A stretch of DNA of 64,000 nucleotides from an uncultured Candidatus Saccharibacteria bacterium (GCA_964371255.1 CAYJKV010000006.1:9806-73805); one strand, 5' to 3'; numbered from the stretch's first letter, positions 37,812 to 48,308 are shown. Notes: generated from the letters alone by a model not told the origin. Program-made: numbers and translations.

Positions 37812-39152
37812 TCAGCTTACTGGAGCATTGGCAGCGCCATCCCGTCGCAGCATCCAAGCCAGCACAATCGGGGGCAACACCGTACTGACAATAATCATAA
37901 TCACAATGACCGAAAACAAATCGTCTGTCACCACTCCTAATGACCGGCCGATAGTGGCAAAAATAAGTCCAACCTCGCCCCTTGGCACCATACCCCAGCC
38001 CACTAGCCATTTTCGTACATTACCCGCCACCGCGCCCGCCACGATTTTTCCAGCGAATGCCACCACCGTGATTCCTAAAGCTACCAATAACACCGGGCCG
38101 TTCATCAGTGTTTCCAATTTTACCCCCATCCCCGTCACCACGAAGAAGATTGGCACCAGAAAATAACCTAGCGGTTCTATTAAATCTTCGATATTACGTT
38201 CATTCTTGAAGAACCGGAAATGAACAGGATCCAGCACCAAACCTGCGGCAAACGCACCTACAATCGGCGCTAATCCTATCAGACTAGCTAACCACGCAAA
38301 AATTAAACCAAAACTAATCGCCAAAGTAAATTTCATGCCGCTGCCACTGTGCACGCGCGACAAGAGTTGCCCTAAACGAGGCGCTAGCAGTTGCCCTATC
38401 ACAATCGAACCCACCAGGAAAAGCACTGCCTTGCCTGTTATTAAACTAATCGCGCCAAAGCTAATCGCTCCCACCGTCACAATCGCCGAGACAACAGCTA
38501 ATATTATCAAACCTAAAACATCATCAATCACTGCGGCCCCCAGAACAATTTGGGCTTCCGGCATGTCCAACTTTTTCAAATCCTGGAATACCCGGGCCGT
38601 AATCCCCACCGACGTCGCAGTTAAAGCCGCGCCCAGAAATAGATAGGCGCTGGATGACAAGCCCGGCATCAGCCACGGACCAACTATGTATGTGCCTAGC
38701 ACAAACGGTACTACCACACCCACGCAGGCCACCAAAAAAGCCCGGACTCCTACTGCGCCCAACTTCTTAATATTAGACTCCAAACCAATTTGGAATAATA
38801 AAATTACTACCCCCAGTTCTGCCAGAAAAGTAATAATCGGACTATGCGTAATCGGCTCAAACATGTGCAGACCAAGCAAACCTAAGTTGCCCAGCACCAC
38901 ACCAGCTAACAACTCTCCTAACACTGCCGGTTGGCCGAACCGCTCCACCAGACTCGAGAATTTAGCTACCAACAACAGAATAGCAATCCATAGAAAAATC
39001 ACCGCCGACACCCCATGTTCCAAACCCTCCCCCTCTTCCGGTAAAGAAAATGCCGCCGCCATCGTCAGCACGACCAATATTATTCCCAGATAAATCAAGA
39101 CTAACGACCGCGACCCAACTTTGCTATTTGTTATTGAATCTAATGACTTCAT
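37812..39152 (-). CDS. Cation:proton antiporter, CPA2 (Kef/NapA-type)
   Basis: 12-13 TM; LGELLAGVVLGNLGLLGL and other CPA2 motifs. Confidence 0.85.
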   Translation of the reverse strand: MKSLDSITNSKVGSRSLVLIYLGIILVVLTMAAAFSLPEEGEGLEHGVSAVIFLWIAILLLVAKFSSLVERFGQPAVLGELLAGVVLGNLGLLGLHMFEPITHSPIITFLAELGVVILLFQIGLESNIKKLGAVGVRAFLVACVGVVVPFVLGTYIVGPWLMPGLSSSAYLFLGAALTATSVGITARVFQDLKKLDMPEAQIVLGAAVIDDVLGLIILAVVSAIVTVGAISFGAISLITGKAVLFLVGSIVIGQLLAPRLGQLLSRVHSGSGMKFTLAISFGLIFAWLASLIGLAPIVGAFAAGLVLDPVHFRFFKNERNIEDLIEPLGYFLVPIFFVVTGMGVKLETLMNGPVLLVALGITVVAFAGKIVAGAVAGNVRKWLVGWGMVPRGEVGLIFATIGRSLGVVTDDLFSVIVIMIIVSTVLPPIVLAWMLRRDGAANAPVS

Positions 39153-39444
39153 ATAGAATAACTAATTTTCGAATTACATTAGCGTATACGGATAAATGAG
39201 ATTGTCAATAATCACAATTTTTATCATTTACACTCCGCTATTAGTAACGACTAGATAAGAGACCATACAGAGAGAGATTCTCCTGCAGTAAATCTCCTGA
39301 CGGAAATTTCATCCGGGCCTGGCCTCACAGTGCTCGCCTTGCTCTGATGGGCAAATTCGCCCAATACTCCCGCCCTTCTCATTCCAACGAGAGTGACTTA
39401 ACGTCACTCACTCTCTCCTCCTCACAAAACTTCTTATTTCTGGA

Positions 39445-39586
39445 GGGCCGCTAGAGTTAGGTACCCGTACAGTTCAGTGTGTTGAAGCTTTTACTGAAGG
39501 TCAATTCGAAACACAAACTGAGGCATGTGGGTTGGGGTATTATAGGAAGCAAACGGAACAAATGGGACAGTATAAAAAGAGTTTGT
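39445..39586 (+). repeat. ~140-bp direct repeat copy A (about 88% identical to 44043-44173)
   Basis: 54-nt identical core agttaggtacccgtacagttcagtgtgttgaagcttttactgaaggtcaattcg plus a conserved 3' part aacggaacaaatgggacagtataaaaagag. Confidence 0.9.
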
Positions 39587-39729
39587 TCTGTGTTTCCCTT
39601 ACTTTCTTTCACATTCTATTGCCATGTATAACCTTCACTTAAGCTGCATAAGAACGATGACTTACTTACAGTATGATGATACTGTTAAGCGTGGAGGGCA
39701 CTGGGTATTAATAATTAATTCTCAACTAC

Positions 39730-40311
39730 ATGAATAAACGAAATTTGTTATTAGGCGGTGGAATAGCAGCTACTCTCTTTGCACTGGTAGCTGGTGCTCC
39801 ATTATACGCAGCCATTAATGATATGGCAGCCGACTATGGCCGGTCAGTTGAATTCGTGCCTCTCGTGCGGCACATGATGAGCCAGGTGCACTGCTATGAC
39901 ACTGGCACGGAGGACTGTGAAGAGGCTGACCATATAGGTACCACTTTCACGAAGGAACATACGCTGGGATTCCTCCTCGATGGCTCAAAGAGTAAGATGA
40001 CCGCGCTCGGCTTTAAACCAGTCTATCTCTGCGAAGCTCGCGATGATAGCGGTGTCATGATGGTGACCGGTGGCTTGCTCGAGAATAATCCCAAGGCAGC
40101 CTGTCGTGCAACCGGATTCCGTTATGACCACGTAGGCTATATTTCTACCACAAACCAGATTGAGGCACCGTGGGCCTTGTATCGCTGCCTGCATCCAGAT
40201 ACCCACGACACGCTGCTGACGGATAATCAGGGAGAATGCGCCGCGCAGAGTTATGATGCAGCCGAATTGCTAGGTTACCTATACGCTGGCGGACCCAGCG
40301 TCGCTGATTAG
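39730..40311 (+). CDS. Secreted Cys-containing hypothetical protein
   Basis: Signal peptide; 8 Cys; no known motif. Confidence 0.45.
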   Translation: MNKRNLLLGGGIAATLFALVAGAPLYAAINDMAADYGRSVEFVPLVRHMMSQVHCYDTGTEDCEEADHIGTTFTKEHTLGFLLDGSKSKMTALGFKPVYLCEARDDSGVMMVTGGLLENNPKAACRATGFRYDHVGYISTTNQIEAPWALYRCLHPDTHDTLLTDNQGECAAQSYDAAELLGYLYAGGPSVAD

Positions 40312-40364
40312 GTTTCCCCGCGTAGTAGAAGACAGAAAGCTGGGTCATCCGACCCGGCTTTCTT

Positions 40365-41138
40365 TTACTCAAATCTCAATGTATCTAAAATAGCTCGCAC
40401 TAACGGATTCTCTCCACGTTCTTCGGCTACACCATGGCTGATTTCTATCCTCACATCATCTTCCTGGAAAAACCAGAAAATCTCGCGGTCAAAAATTTGA
40501 TTGTAATCTTCCCGCAAGCACCCTTGAAAGAGTCTCATTCCGGTAAGTTCAATCTCAGAGCCAGAAATATGCTGGTATGAGACTGGAATAACCCTTGGTA
40601 CGTTGTTGTTAATTTTCTGTGATTCTTCTTGTAACTTCTGAATGAACTCCTCGATCGATTCCTTTTTGTGACCTGGCTCGCATTGTTCACCGAGAAGCGA
40701 TAGCTCATAGCCGGAGATTTGGAAGAATAGTGCTGCATAGAGTGCGCTAGGTGGAGCTTGCGCAGTAAGAGAAATCTTATCGGCAACCTCGGGGTTAGTA
40801 CGGTTCATAGTGCTGGTCCAACCTTCAAAGGTGATGCCAGGCGGATATTGAAAAGAATAGCCATACTTCATGTTCGTGAACCGGGGCCAGGCTGTCGTAT
40901 CAAATTGTTCCGCTTGTGCGCTATCTACTAAGCTTACTAATTCGTCAGGGGTAATCTCTTCCACTGTCTCGAATGGAGCATTGCTGGGAATCGGCTGCGG
41001 CTTGTTCTCTTGCCACTTAAGTAACGGTGCTATCAGAGCCAACCACACTACGATACCGATAATGGCTATAAGACCTATAACTGCAACAATGGACTCTAGT
41101 CTGCACATACGCTGCTTACCATAGTATACTTTCCTCAA
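40365..41138 (-). CDS. Membrane-anchored hypothetical protein
   Basis: N-terminal TM helix (IVAVIGLIAIIGIVVWLALIAPLL); rest hydrophilic. Confidence 0.4.
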   Translation of the reverse strand: MRKVYYGKQRMCRLESIVAVIGLIAIIGIVVWLALIAPLLKWQENKPQPIPSNAPFETVEEITPDELVSLVDSAQAEQFDTTAWPRFTNMKYGYSFQYPPGITFEGWTSTMNRTNPEVADKISLTAQAPPSALYAALFFQISGYELSLLGEQCEPGHKKESIEEFIQKLQEESQKINNNVPRVIPVSYQHISGSEIELTGMRLFQGCLREDYNQIFDREIFWFFQEDDVRIEISHGVAEERGENPLVRAILDTLRFE

Positions 41139-41704
41139 TGAACCAAAGAATTCAACAAATGATAAAAGTCGCGATCATAGCAGTGAGTACGAGCGCGATG
41201 TATTATTCTGGACCCTTATTTATTGCCGCAGTCTTGGGGCACGGCTTCTTTTCAGGTTCCCGTCTTGCGCCACTCTTGGCCGCTACTTATGGATTGCTTG
41301 CTTCATGGTATGTCGCTAAGAAACTGTTAGAAAAATCTGCTGATATTCCTATAAAACAGAAGCTGGGCATTGCGGCGATTACTTTGGTCGTAGCGGTGGT
41401 TGTGCTCGGTCGGTTTTTCTTTGCCCAACTGGCGTGGATAGGATTGAGTTTAGTCGGAGGGCCTTTAACTTTCCGGTCTGTTCTAATGGCAGTTACATCA
41501 TCACTCTTTTTATTGATAGCTGTGTGGACTGCCGTGTATCACGCGATTGCTGTCTGGCGCGCTACAAAAAGTAGTGTCTTCAGAAATGCTGATTCATTGC
41601 TTGATCCGATTGTTATTTGTTTAACTTTGAGCTTGGTTATTCTGTCGTGGCTCTCCATATTTATGGAGCCCGTATTCGATCTGCTTAAGAGGATAAGTTG
41701 GTAA
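41138..41704 (+). CDS. Integral membrane protein, unknown
   Basis: 5-6 TM helices. Confidence 0.4.
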   Translation: MNQRIQQMIKVAIIAVSTSAMYYSGPLFIAAVLGHGFFSGSRLAPLLAATYGLLASWYVAKKLLEKSADIPIKQKLGIAAITLVVAVVVLGRFFFAQLAWIGLSLVGGPLTFRSVLMAVTSSLFLLIAVWTAVYHAIAVWRATKSSVFRNADSLLDPIVICLTLSLVILSWLSIFMEPVFDLLKRISW

Positions 41705-41784
41705 TACTATCCGACTAACGAACCACCTGTCCTAAGTCGCTTAAGGTTGACCGCTGCATTACGTAATGGCACAGTGTACTTGTC

Positions 41785-42144
41785 ATGCAAGGCCAAATTA
41801 AAAAGCTATTAATTGCGGGGATACCATTGCATGTAGCCTTATTCATGATAGTGGGACGAGATGCATCAGAACTATTCTTGCCAAACTTTATTGAGGAAAT
41901 ATCAGAATTGATGTGGCAAGCCACAATTTTTCTCAATTTCATCGTGATACTTATACCAAGAGAGATTTTGATTGATGTCGGCGTACTCAGCTGTCGAGTA
42001 GAATGGGATGGTTGGTGTTGGATAACACCTCATGCTTTAATTGTATTTGCACTACTTCTTAGTGCAGGTATTTACTTTATATTCACCAAGGTCGAAAAAA
42101 TAAAAAAAGGGCCGCGCCATAATAGCACAGCCCCAAAGAACTAA
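41785..42144 (+). CDS. Small membrane protein, unknown
   Basis: 3 TM helices; weak call. Confidence 0.3.
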   Translation: MQGQIKKLLIAGIPLHVALFMIVGRDASELFLPNFIEEISELMWQATIFLNFIVILIPREILIDVGVLSCRVEWDGWCWITPHALIVFALLLSAGIYFIFTKVEKIKKGPRHNSTAPKN

Positions 42145-42185
42145 AGGAAGGATAAAAGGGATAAAAGGAGTTCGACTTCACGAAA

Positions 42186-42602
42186 ATGATCCTCTGCGGT
42201 GGCTGCGGGGATGGCATCACGGCCGAGGAAAAATTTAAAAAGCGCGGGGATGGCTCAATCAAAAAATATGTGTACTACCACTGCAGTCGATTCGACTACA
42301 CCTGCAAACAGCCGTATGTGCGTGAAGATGAACTACTATCTCAAATACTTCAAATAATCGATAAGGTAGACTTTAATAAACTGGGAATTCAAAAGAAACT
42401 GGAAATCGAAACACAACGACTACAAAAATTCAGTCTTGGAATATTGCAACAAAATCAAAAAATTGTTGTGCCGAAAGTGGACACGAGAACTTATGCCAAA
42501 TACTTACTGCAGGAAGGGACGCGAGAGGAAAAGCGAGAGTTACTCTCTTGCCCGAAAAGCAAACTGAAATTTATAGATGGCAAATTACTGATTAGCGATT
42601 AG
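42186..42602 (+). pseudogene. C-terminal fragment of a large serine recombinase (zinc beta-ribbon + coiled coil); catalytic resolvase domain absent
   Basis: CGGCG...YYHC zinc-ribbon motif followed by a coiled coil, typical of the large serine recombinase C-terminus; no upstream catalytic domain in frame. Confidence 0.5.
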
Positions 42603-43322
42603 CTCCTTTTTAACAATCCACTTGGATTCATCGGTCGTTAAAACAAGTACATCGATATTCCCTCCAACGTTCTTTGGACGCGCCTGAAATCTCATAGTGT
42701 CAATTGTCGTACGTATTGCATATATTGAAAAATCTATCGCATCTTGAAGCGCCATCGCATCCCAAATAATCGGAGCCACCCCTCGCAGAACTTTCTGTTG
42801 GCCATTCGCATTAACAATAACGGGATTCATTAAGTTTGTAAGAATGTCAGCTTGGCCTGACCATGTGCATCCAAATGCCGAAGACCCGTCTGGCTTTAAG
42901 TTTCTCCGCTCATGCTTATCTTGTTTTATATGAGTATATAAAACATAAGGCACACTTACTTTACCCTCTTTTTTGTATCCACACACATGAAAGCCCGTAT
43001 CGACTTCACCAAACTCTTTTTTGATAAAGTTTTTTAACTTCCTAGCGACACTTTCTACATCGTCCTGTTCTTTAAGTAATTCCTCGCTAAAACGTCTTAT
43101 GTGACTAGCCATTGGTACACCTCCTAGTAAATCTTGGCCGAAGCTAGAAATACCAATACCTTGTTTCTCAAGGAAGAAAGTCTTCGTAACGTTATCAGAA
43201 TTAGTAGTCTCCACATTGAAGGACTTACCCTCAGGATTAGTACCGCCAATTGTAACTGACTGCCGACTATCGGAGGCCATTACAATGCCTTCAGGAACAT
43301 AAGTGGCTATAACAAGTGACAT
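42585..43322 (-). CDS. Ntn-hydrolase of the proteasome beta-subunit/HslV-like (peptidase T1) type, Ser as putative N-terminal nucleophile
   Basis: MSLVIATYVPEGIVMASDSRQS aligns with the T1-x15-D17 pattern of proteasome beta subunits (TTIvg.kf.dGVVlAaDsRat); Lys near position 33. Confidence 0.45.
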   Translation of the reverse strand: MSLVIATYVPEGIVMASDSRQSVTIGGTNPEGKSFNVETTNSDNVTKTFFLEKQGIGISSFGQDLLGGVPMASHIRRFSEELLKEQDDVESVARKLKNFIKKEFGEVDTGFHVCGYKKEGKVSVPYVLYTHIKQDKHERRNLKPDGSSAFGCTWSGQADILTNLMNPVIVNANGQQKVLRGVAPIIWDAMALQDAIDFSIYAIRTTIDTMRFQARPKNVGGNIDVLVLTTDESKWIVKKELIANQ

Positions 43323-43325
43323 AGT

Positions 43326-43877
43326 TTATGAATTTTTAAACATTAAATAGATCCCCATGAAAGCTAGGACTGTTTCGGGGTAACTCCATGATTGAAGAGT
43401 GGAAACAGCGCCAAGGAATAGAAAAGCACAAGCGATAAAAAACGATTTCCGCGCCGTCTCAGGGCTAAGCGTTGAAAGAGCAACACCTGTGTCGGCAAAG
43501 GCATTCTTAAATTGGACTTTGAGATTACTCATTTCTTGCTTATGTCCCACTGACTGGTCGGTACTTGTTGGCTGGTTGCTGGGCGCGGCAACCTGGGCGG
43601 AAGAAGAGGATCCCGAACTTGAGTACTCAAAACCTATCCAATGGATGTAGCGCTTAGCCTCTGCTGTTAATTCGAAAGGGCTCTCATTACGGTTCTTCAG
43701 TTTTTGGTATTCCAATAGACCCTTTGCCCGTAAACTAAGAAGGCGATCATAAGTCGATACGTGAGATTTAAGGCCAAGCTGATCCGTGAGTTCCCTCAGC
43801 GTAGGAAACCGATCCAATGTCTGCTCCATAGCTCCTATGACCTGTAAGGTCTCCAGCTGTTTTCCAGTTAGGTCCAT
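43326..43877 (-). CDS. LexA-type winged-HTH DNA-binding domain fused to a C-terminal membrane region
   Basis: N-terminus LTGKQLETLQVIGAMEQTLDRFPTLRELTDQLGLKSHVSTYDRLLSLRAKGLL resembles LexA_DNA_bind; Ser-rich linker; C-terminal 2 TM helices; no LexA peptidase domain. Confidence 0.45.
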   Translation of the reverse strand: MDLTGKQLETLQVIGAMEQTLDRFPTLRELTDQLGLKSHVSTYDRLLSLRAKGLLEYQKLKNRNESPFELTAEAKRYIHWIGFEYSSSGSSSSAQVAAPSNQPTSTDQSVGHKQEMSNLKVQFKNAFADTGVALSTLSPETARKSFFIACAFLFLGAVSTLQSWSYPETVLAFMGIYLMFKNS

Positions 43878-44042
43878 ACCTAAATGATACTCTTCCCTGA
43901 TGGGGACGCAAGGGTATTAAATTAAATCCCTGTGCTTGGACAAAATTGAACCGACAAGAGAATAGAATTCGAACCTTTCAAAACCTAAGTAGGTGGGTCA
44001 TTTAGACCCAAAACTATCGGGCGGGCCACGTGAGTTAGGTAC

Positions 44043-44173
44043 CCGTACAGTTCAGTGTGTTGAAGCTTTTACTGAAGGTCAATTCGGAAGTGAATTTCAG
44101 GCATGTGGGTTGGGTTATTTTGGGTGTAAACGGAACAAATGGGACAGTATAAAAAGAGTCTGTTCTGTGTTTC
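44043..44173 (+). repeat. ~140-bp direct repeat copy B
   Basis: Matches 39445-39586. Confidence 0.9.
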
Positions 44174-44219
44174 ATTTGCATATATGTTTATTTTGTGGTG
44201 ATGTATGTTGTTCCTGCAT

Positions 44220-44615
44220 CTACAGGCTGGCTAACAGTTTCTTCACTCGGGTCTCAATAATATCTCGGATGGTGCGTATTTCTACTAAATCCTTCCCTTC
44301 TGTATTATCAACATCCCAGTCCTCAATCTTTGCTTGAATGATCGGAGAAAAAGCAAGCTTCACCAAACAGCCAAAGGAGATAAGGCGATCGTATTGATCA
44401 GCAGTAGCTGGATCAAATAACTTGGGCTTGTTTGTGGAAACATCGATGCCTTTTTCTTGCATAGCTGCCACGACAATAGGATTCACTGCTGGAGCAGGCA
44501 TCGTCCCGGCACTTTCTGCACCGAAATCTGTTCCAACAGCGAAGGTATTAAAGAAAGCCTCGGCCATTTGAGAGCGGCCGGCGTTTTCAGCACAAACAAA
44601 GATAATCTTTCTCAT
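44220..44615 (-). CDS. arsC: Arsenate reductase, LMW-PTPase (thioredoxin-coupled) type
   Basis: P-loop CAENAGRSQMAE (CX5R) at the N-terminus; 131 aa. Confidence 0.8.
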   Translation of the reverse strand: MRKIIFVCAENAGRSQMAEAFFNTFAVGTDFGAESAGTMPAPAVNPIVVAAMQEKGIDVSTNKPKLFDPATADQYDRLISFGCLVKLAFSPIIQAKIEDWDVDNTEGKDLVEIRTIRDIIETRVKKLLASL

Positions 44616-44661
44616 TGCCTAAAGTATATCGGTAATATGGAAAATTGTGTCGCATAAATCT

Positions 44662-45723
44662 TTATGTGAGCGTGTCCAAGGCTTCATGTGTTTGTTGAGT
44701 TTCAAAGAAAGGTCTTAATCGCAAAGCAACGCTTACTAATAATATCAGCACCGGCACTTCAATTAATGGCCCAATCACAGCCGCAAAGGCCACCCCGGAA
44801 TTAATACCAAACACAGCAACTGCCACGGCAATGCCAAGCTCAAAGTTATTGCCCGCCGCCGTGAACGCTAGTGCCGTACTCTTGGGATAATCCGCGCCTA
44901 CTCTCTTTGATATGAAGAAAGCGGAGAAAAACATGACGATAAAGTAAATTATTAGCGGAATCGCTATGCGCACAACATCAAAGGGTATCGTCACAATAAC
45001 ACTGCCTTTCAGTGAAAACATGACAACGATTGTGAAGAGCAAGGCGATAAGTGTTAAGGGGCTAATCGCCGGCAGAAAGTATTGTTTGTACCAAACTTCT
45101 CCCTTGGACTTTAAGAGGGCATAGCGAGTGGTAATTCCCGCTATAAAAGGAATGCCTAAATAGATAAAGACACTTTTCGCAATTTCAATTATACCCACGT
45201 CCACAATACTGCCCTGCAGACCAAACAGTGCCGGCAAAACAGTCACAAAAATATAAGCATACACGCTGTAAAATAAAACTTGGAACAAGCTGTTAAACGC
45301 AACCAGACCGGCCACATAGTCATTATCCCCGTGCGCTAAATCTGTCCAGACCAGCACCATGGCGATACATCGGGCAATTCCTATCATTATCAGACCCACC
45401 ATATACTCCGGATAATCTCTAAGGAAAAATATGGCCAGGAAAAACATAAGCAACGGTCCGATTATCCAGTTCTGCAAAAGAGAAAGCCCAAGAATCTTTT
45501 TATCCTTGAATACCTTGCCTAGTTCTTCGTAACGAACTTTTGCCAAAGGCGGATACATCATCACGATTAATCCAATGGCTAGCGGGATACTAGTCGTGCC
45601 AACACTATAACGATTAATGACACTCCCAACCTGCGGAAAATAATGGCTTGAAGCTATGCCTGCAGCCATAGCCAAAAAAATCCAAAGCGTTAAGTATCGG
45701 TCTAAGATGGAAAGTTTTTTCAC
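44662..45723 (-). CDS. acr3: Arsenite efflux transporter, ACR3 family
   Basis: 10 TM; N-terminus [19 protein letters not shown] typical of Acr3. Confidence 0.85.
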   Translation of the reverse strand: MKKLSILDRYLTLWIFLAMAAGIASSHYFPQVGSVINRYSVGTTSIPLAIGLIVMMYPPLAKVRYEELGKVFKDKKILGLSLLQNWIIGPLLMFFLAIFFLRDYPEYMVGLIMIGIARCIAMVLVWTDLAHGDNDYVAGLVAFNSLFQVLFYSVYAYIFVTVLPALFGLQGSIVDVGIIEIAKSVFIYLGIPFIAGITTRYALLKSKGEVWYKQYFLPAISPLTLIALLFTIVVMFSLKGSVIVTIPFDVVRIAIPLIIYFIVMFFSAFFISKRVGADYPKSTALAFTAAGNNFELGIAVAVAVFGINSGVAFAAVIGPLIEVPVLILLVSVALRLRPFFETQQTHEALDTLT

Positions 45724-45731
45724 GACAACTG

Positions 45732-46469
45732 TTATTTAAGCGCCGAGAACGTAATGCTAGACGCATATTCCGGCAAGAACGCAGGAATTTCTTTGTGGAT
45801 TTCAACGCTCTGAAAACCGGCCTTTCCTAAGAGGTTAAGATACTCCTGTTTCAAAATGGCACCGCTAACGCATCCGGTTAACAATTCCTTATCATTTTTT
45901 AATTCATCCGGCAAAGGTTTCTTCAAAACAACATCAGAAATCATGAGCCTGCCACCTGCTTTCAACGCCCTATACGCTTCGCGAAAAACCTTTTCTTTGT
46001 CAGGAGCCAAATTAATCACGCAGTTCGAAATAATTACATCTACTGATTCGTTATCAACCGGCAACGCCTCAATGTCTCCCTTCCTAAACTCGACATTTTG
46101 ATAATCATTCTTCACTGCATTCGCCCTGGCTTGCACAAGCATCTCGTCAGTCATGTCAACACCAATCACCCTGCCGGCATCGCCGACTTTGTCAGCCGCC
46201 AGAAAGACGTCAATGCCGGCTCCCGAACCTAAATCCAAAACGACTTCTCCGGCTTTCAATGATGAGATAGCGACCGGATTACCGCAGCCAAGCCCTAGGT
46301 TTGAGCCCTCTGGTACTTGCCGCATCTCATCTTGAGAATATCCCATTTCTCGCGACTGTAGCTGCACAGTCCGATTAGCGTTGCACCCGCAGCTGCCGCA
46401 ACCAGAAGCTCTGGCAATGTTGGCATACGATTCCTCCACGATTTTCTTTACTTCTTTTGGATTATTCAT
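45732..46469 (-). CDS. arsM: Arsenite S-adenosylmethionine methyltransferase
   Basis: SAM motif [13 protein letters not shown]; conserved Cys pairs (GCGSCGC, GLGCGNP, SNCVINL) of ArsM. Confidence 0.8.
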   Translation of the reverse strand: MNNPKEVKKIVEESYANIARASGCGSCGCNANRTVQLQSREMGYSQDEMRQVPEGSNLGLGCGNPVAISSLKAGEVVLDLGSGAGIDVFLAADKVGDAGRVIGVDMTDEMLVQARANAVKNDYQNVEFRKGDIEALPVDNESVDVIISNCVINLAPDKEKVFREAYRALKAGGRLMISDVVLKKPLPDELKNDKELLTGCVSGAILKQEYLNLLGKAGFQSVEIHKEIPAFLPEYASSITFSALK

Positions 46470-46780
46470 ATTTTTATCTTAAGAATTAGGTTGGTAATTT
46501 CTTTACCTTTTGGTGTTAAAGAGTAATAAGACCATTTGCCGTCCCTCCTGTCCGTCACTAACCCGCCGTCCTTAAGGTCTTTCAGGTGATGCGAAATGAG
46601 GCTTTGGGAAAATTTAAGATGCTCCATTAACTGGCAGACACAGTGTTCGCCATTTTTAAGCATAAGGACCAACTGCAGGCGGCTGTTTTCAGACACAAGC
46701 TTTAGCAGTGCCGCAACTTTTTTCACATCTCTATATTCGGTTATATCAACACGGCAGCAATCATATGAACACATGCTCAT
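46466..46780 (-). CDS. arsR: ArsR/SmtB family metalloregulator
   Basis: HTH with metal-site CVC ([11 protein letters not shown]...SHHLKDL). Confidence 0.85.
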   Translation of the reverse strand: MSMCSYDCCRVDITEYRDVKKVAALLKLVSENSRLQLVLMLKNGEHCVCQLMEHLKFSQSLISHHLKDLKDGGLVTDRRDGKWSYYSLTPKGKEITNLILKIKI

Positions 46781-46842
46781 ATATTAAACCAGCACTAAGT
46801 TATTTACAATTCAGAGCCAGCTAAATAGGATATCGCTAAAAA

Positions 46843-47802
46843 CTATAGAACCGCATTAAACACAAACCCGATAATCATTATCCCCGTAGCTACCAAACCA
46901 AAAAAGGTTAGTAGCAGGGGTAATTTAATAGCCTTTTTCAAGATAAGCGCCTCCGGCAAAGACAGCCCAACCGTTGCCATCATAAAGGCCAAGGCCGTGC
47001 CAAGCGGAACGCCTTTATCAACCAGCGACTGCATAATCGGAAAAACACTGTGAGCGCTGGCATACAACGGCACACCCGCGATGACTGCTAATGGAACTGC
47101 CAGTAGGTTATCGCCCCCAACGTACTTTTCAAAAAATCCTTCAGGAACATATCCATGTATTGCTGCGCCGATACCGATCCCCGCCAATACGTACGGCACA
47201 ACTTTTTTCGTAATGCTCCATGCTTCTTTGGATACGTCTTTGAGTATGGGTAAGGATAACGGCGACCAGCCCACGTTTATAGCCGCCGGCCGTATTTTCG
47301 TCTCCATAATATAGTTTTCAACATAACGCTCCATCTTGAGACGGCTCATAATATAACCGCCCAAGGAGCCAAGCACCATGCCTGCTCCGACGTACATGGC
47401 CGTTATCTTCCAGCCGAATAACCCAATGAAAAGCGCCACCGCCACTTCGTTAATAAGCGGTGACGTAATGAGAAAAGCGAACGTGACGCCGAGCGGTATG
47501 CCCGCGCCCACAAAGCCAATAAACAAAGGAATAGACGAGCAGGAACAAAACGGTGTGACGGCTCCAAAAATTGAGGCTAGCACATACTCCAGCCCGTACC
47601 ATTTCCGCTTAGTCAAAAAATCCCGTAGCTTCTCTACTGGCAGGTAATAACGAAGCAGACTCATAAAGAACGTAATAACCAGCAGCAGCAGCACAATTTT
47701 TATGCTGTCATACACGAAAAAGTTAACGCTTTGCGCCAAGCCGGATCCCGTTTCTAAATTAAGCGCGGTGTAAGTAAGCCAATCCGCAAACTGTTGAATC
47801 AT
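46843..47802 (-). CDS. arsP: Organoarsenical efflux permease ArsP-like (DUF318 permease)
   Basis: TPFCSCSSIP motif (the ArsP TPFcSCS signature); 8 TM. Confidence 0.7.
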   Translation of the reverse strand: MIQQFADWLTYTALNLETGSGLAQSVNFFVYDSIKIVLLLLVITFFMSLLRYYLPVEKLRDFLTKRKWYGLEYVLASIFGAVTPFCSCSSIPLFIGFVGAGIPLGVTFAFLITSPLINEVAVALFIGLFGWKITAMYVGAGMVLGSLGGYIMSRLKMERYVENYIMETKIRPAAINVGWSPLSLPILKDVSKEAWSITKKVVPYVLAGIGIGAAIHGYVPEGFFEKYVGGDNLLAVPLAVIAGVPLYASAHSVFPIMQSLVDKGVPLGTALAFMMATVGLSLPEALILKKAIKLPLLLTFFGLVATGIMIIGFVFNAVL

Positions 47803-47909
47803 AAATTACAGGTTAATGAGAAATAAAATAAAGCAATATGTGCATTGATAAAACTATTTGACCTTATACGGTTTGAACTTTTTGTTAATAGGCGTTTTGA
47901 TAAATATTT

Positions 47910-48308
47910 TTAATAAGCCAAATCGTCTTTTCTTTGCTCCAGCTCTGTTTTGACGTTTTTAAATACGCCGGTTTCTTTCACGATTCTTTGCGCTTTGTCT
48001 CTCGGTGTATCGTCGTCTTCGACAAAACTGATCGCTCCGACCGGGCAGAGATTGGAGCAGGTGATGCAGGCTACCATGCAATTATTCGGATTGACCACTT
48101 TAGACTTTTTATTTTTGTAATCAAACTTATACACGCCTCGGCCGCAACTGGTGGCGCACATGCCGCAACCAATGCATTTTGATTCGTCTATCACGGGATG
48201 CCAGTCTATCTTATCGCGGTCAATGCCGTGAAATTTAGTAAACTTCGGGTCTTTGTTTGATGTTTCCATAGTGTTTTGATTTAAATAATAATTATTATTT
48301 GACTTCAT
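47910..48308 (-). CDS. 2x[4Fe-4S] ferredoxin-domain protein
   Basis: CIGCGMCATSC and CMVACITCSNLCP cluster motifs. Confidence 0.7.
   Translation of the reverse strand: MKSNNNYYLNQNTMETSNKDPKFTKFHGIDRDKIDWHPVIDESKCIGCGMCATSCGRGVYKFDYKNKKSKVVNPNNCMVACITCSNLCPVGAISFVEDDDTPRDKAQRIVKETGVFKNVKTELEQRKDDLAY

Noticed and set aside
43993-44337. 114-aa ORF overlapping the 140-bp direct repeat copy B
   Set aside because: Lies entirely within the repeat and intergenic DNA, has no RBS, and the same sequence at copy A is not in an ORF. Likely spurious.
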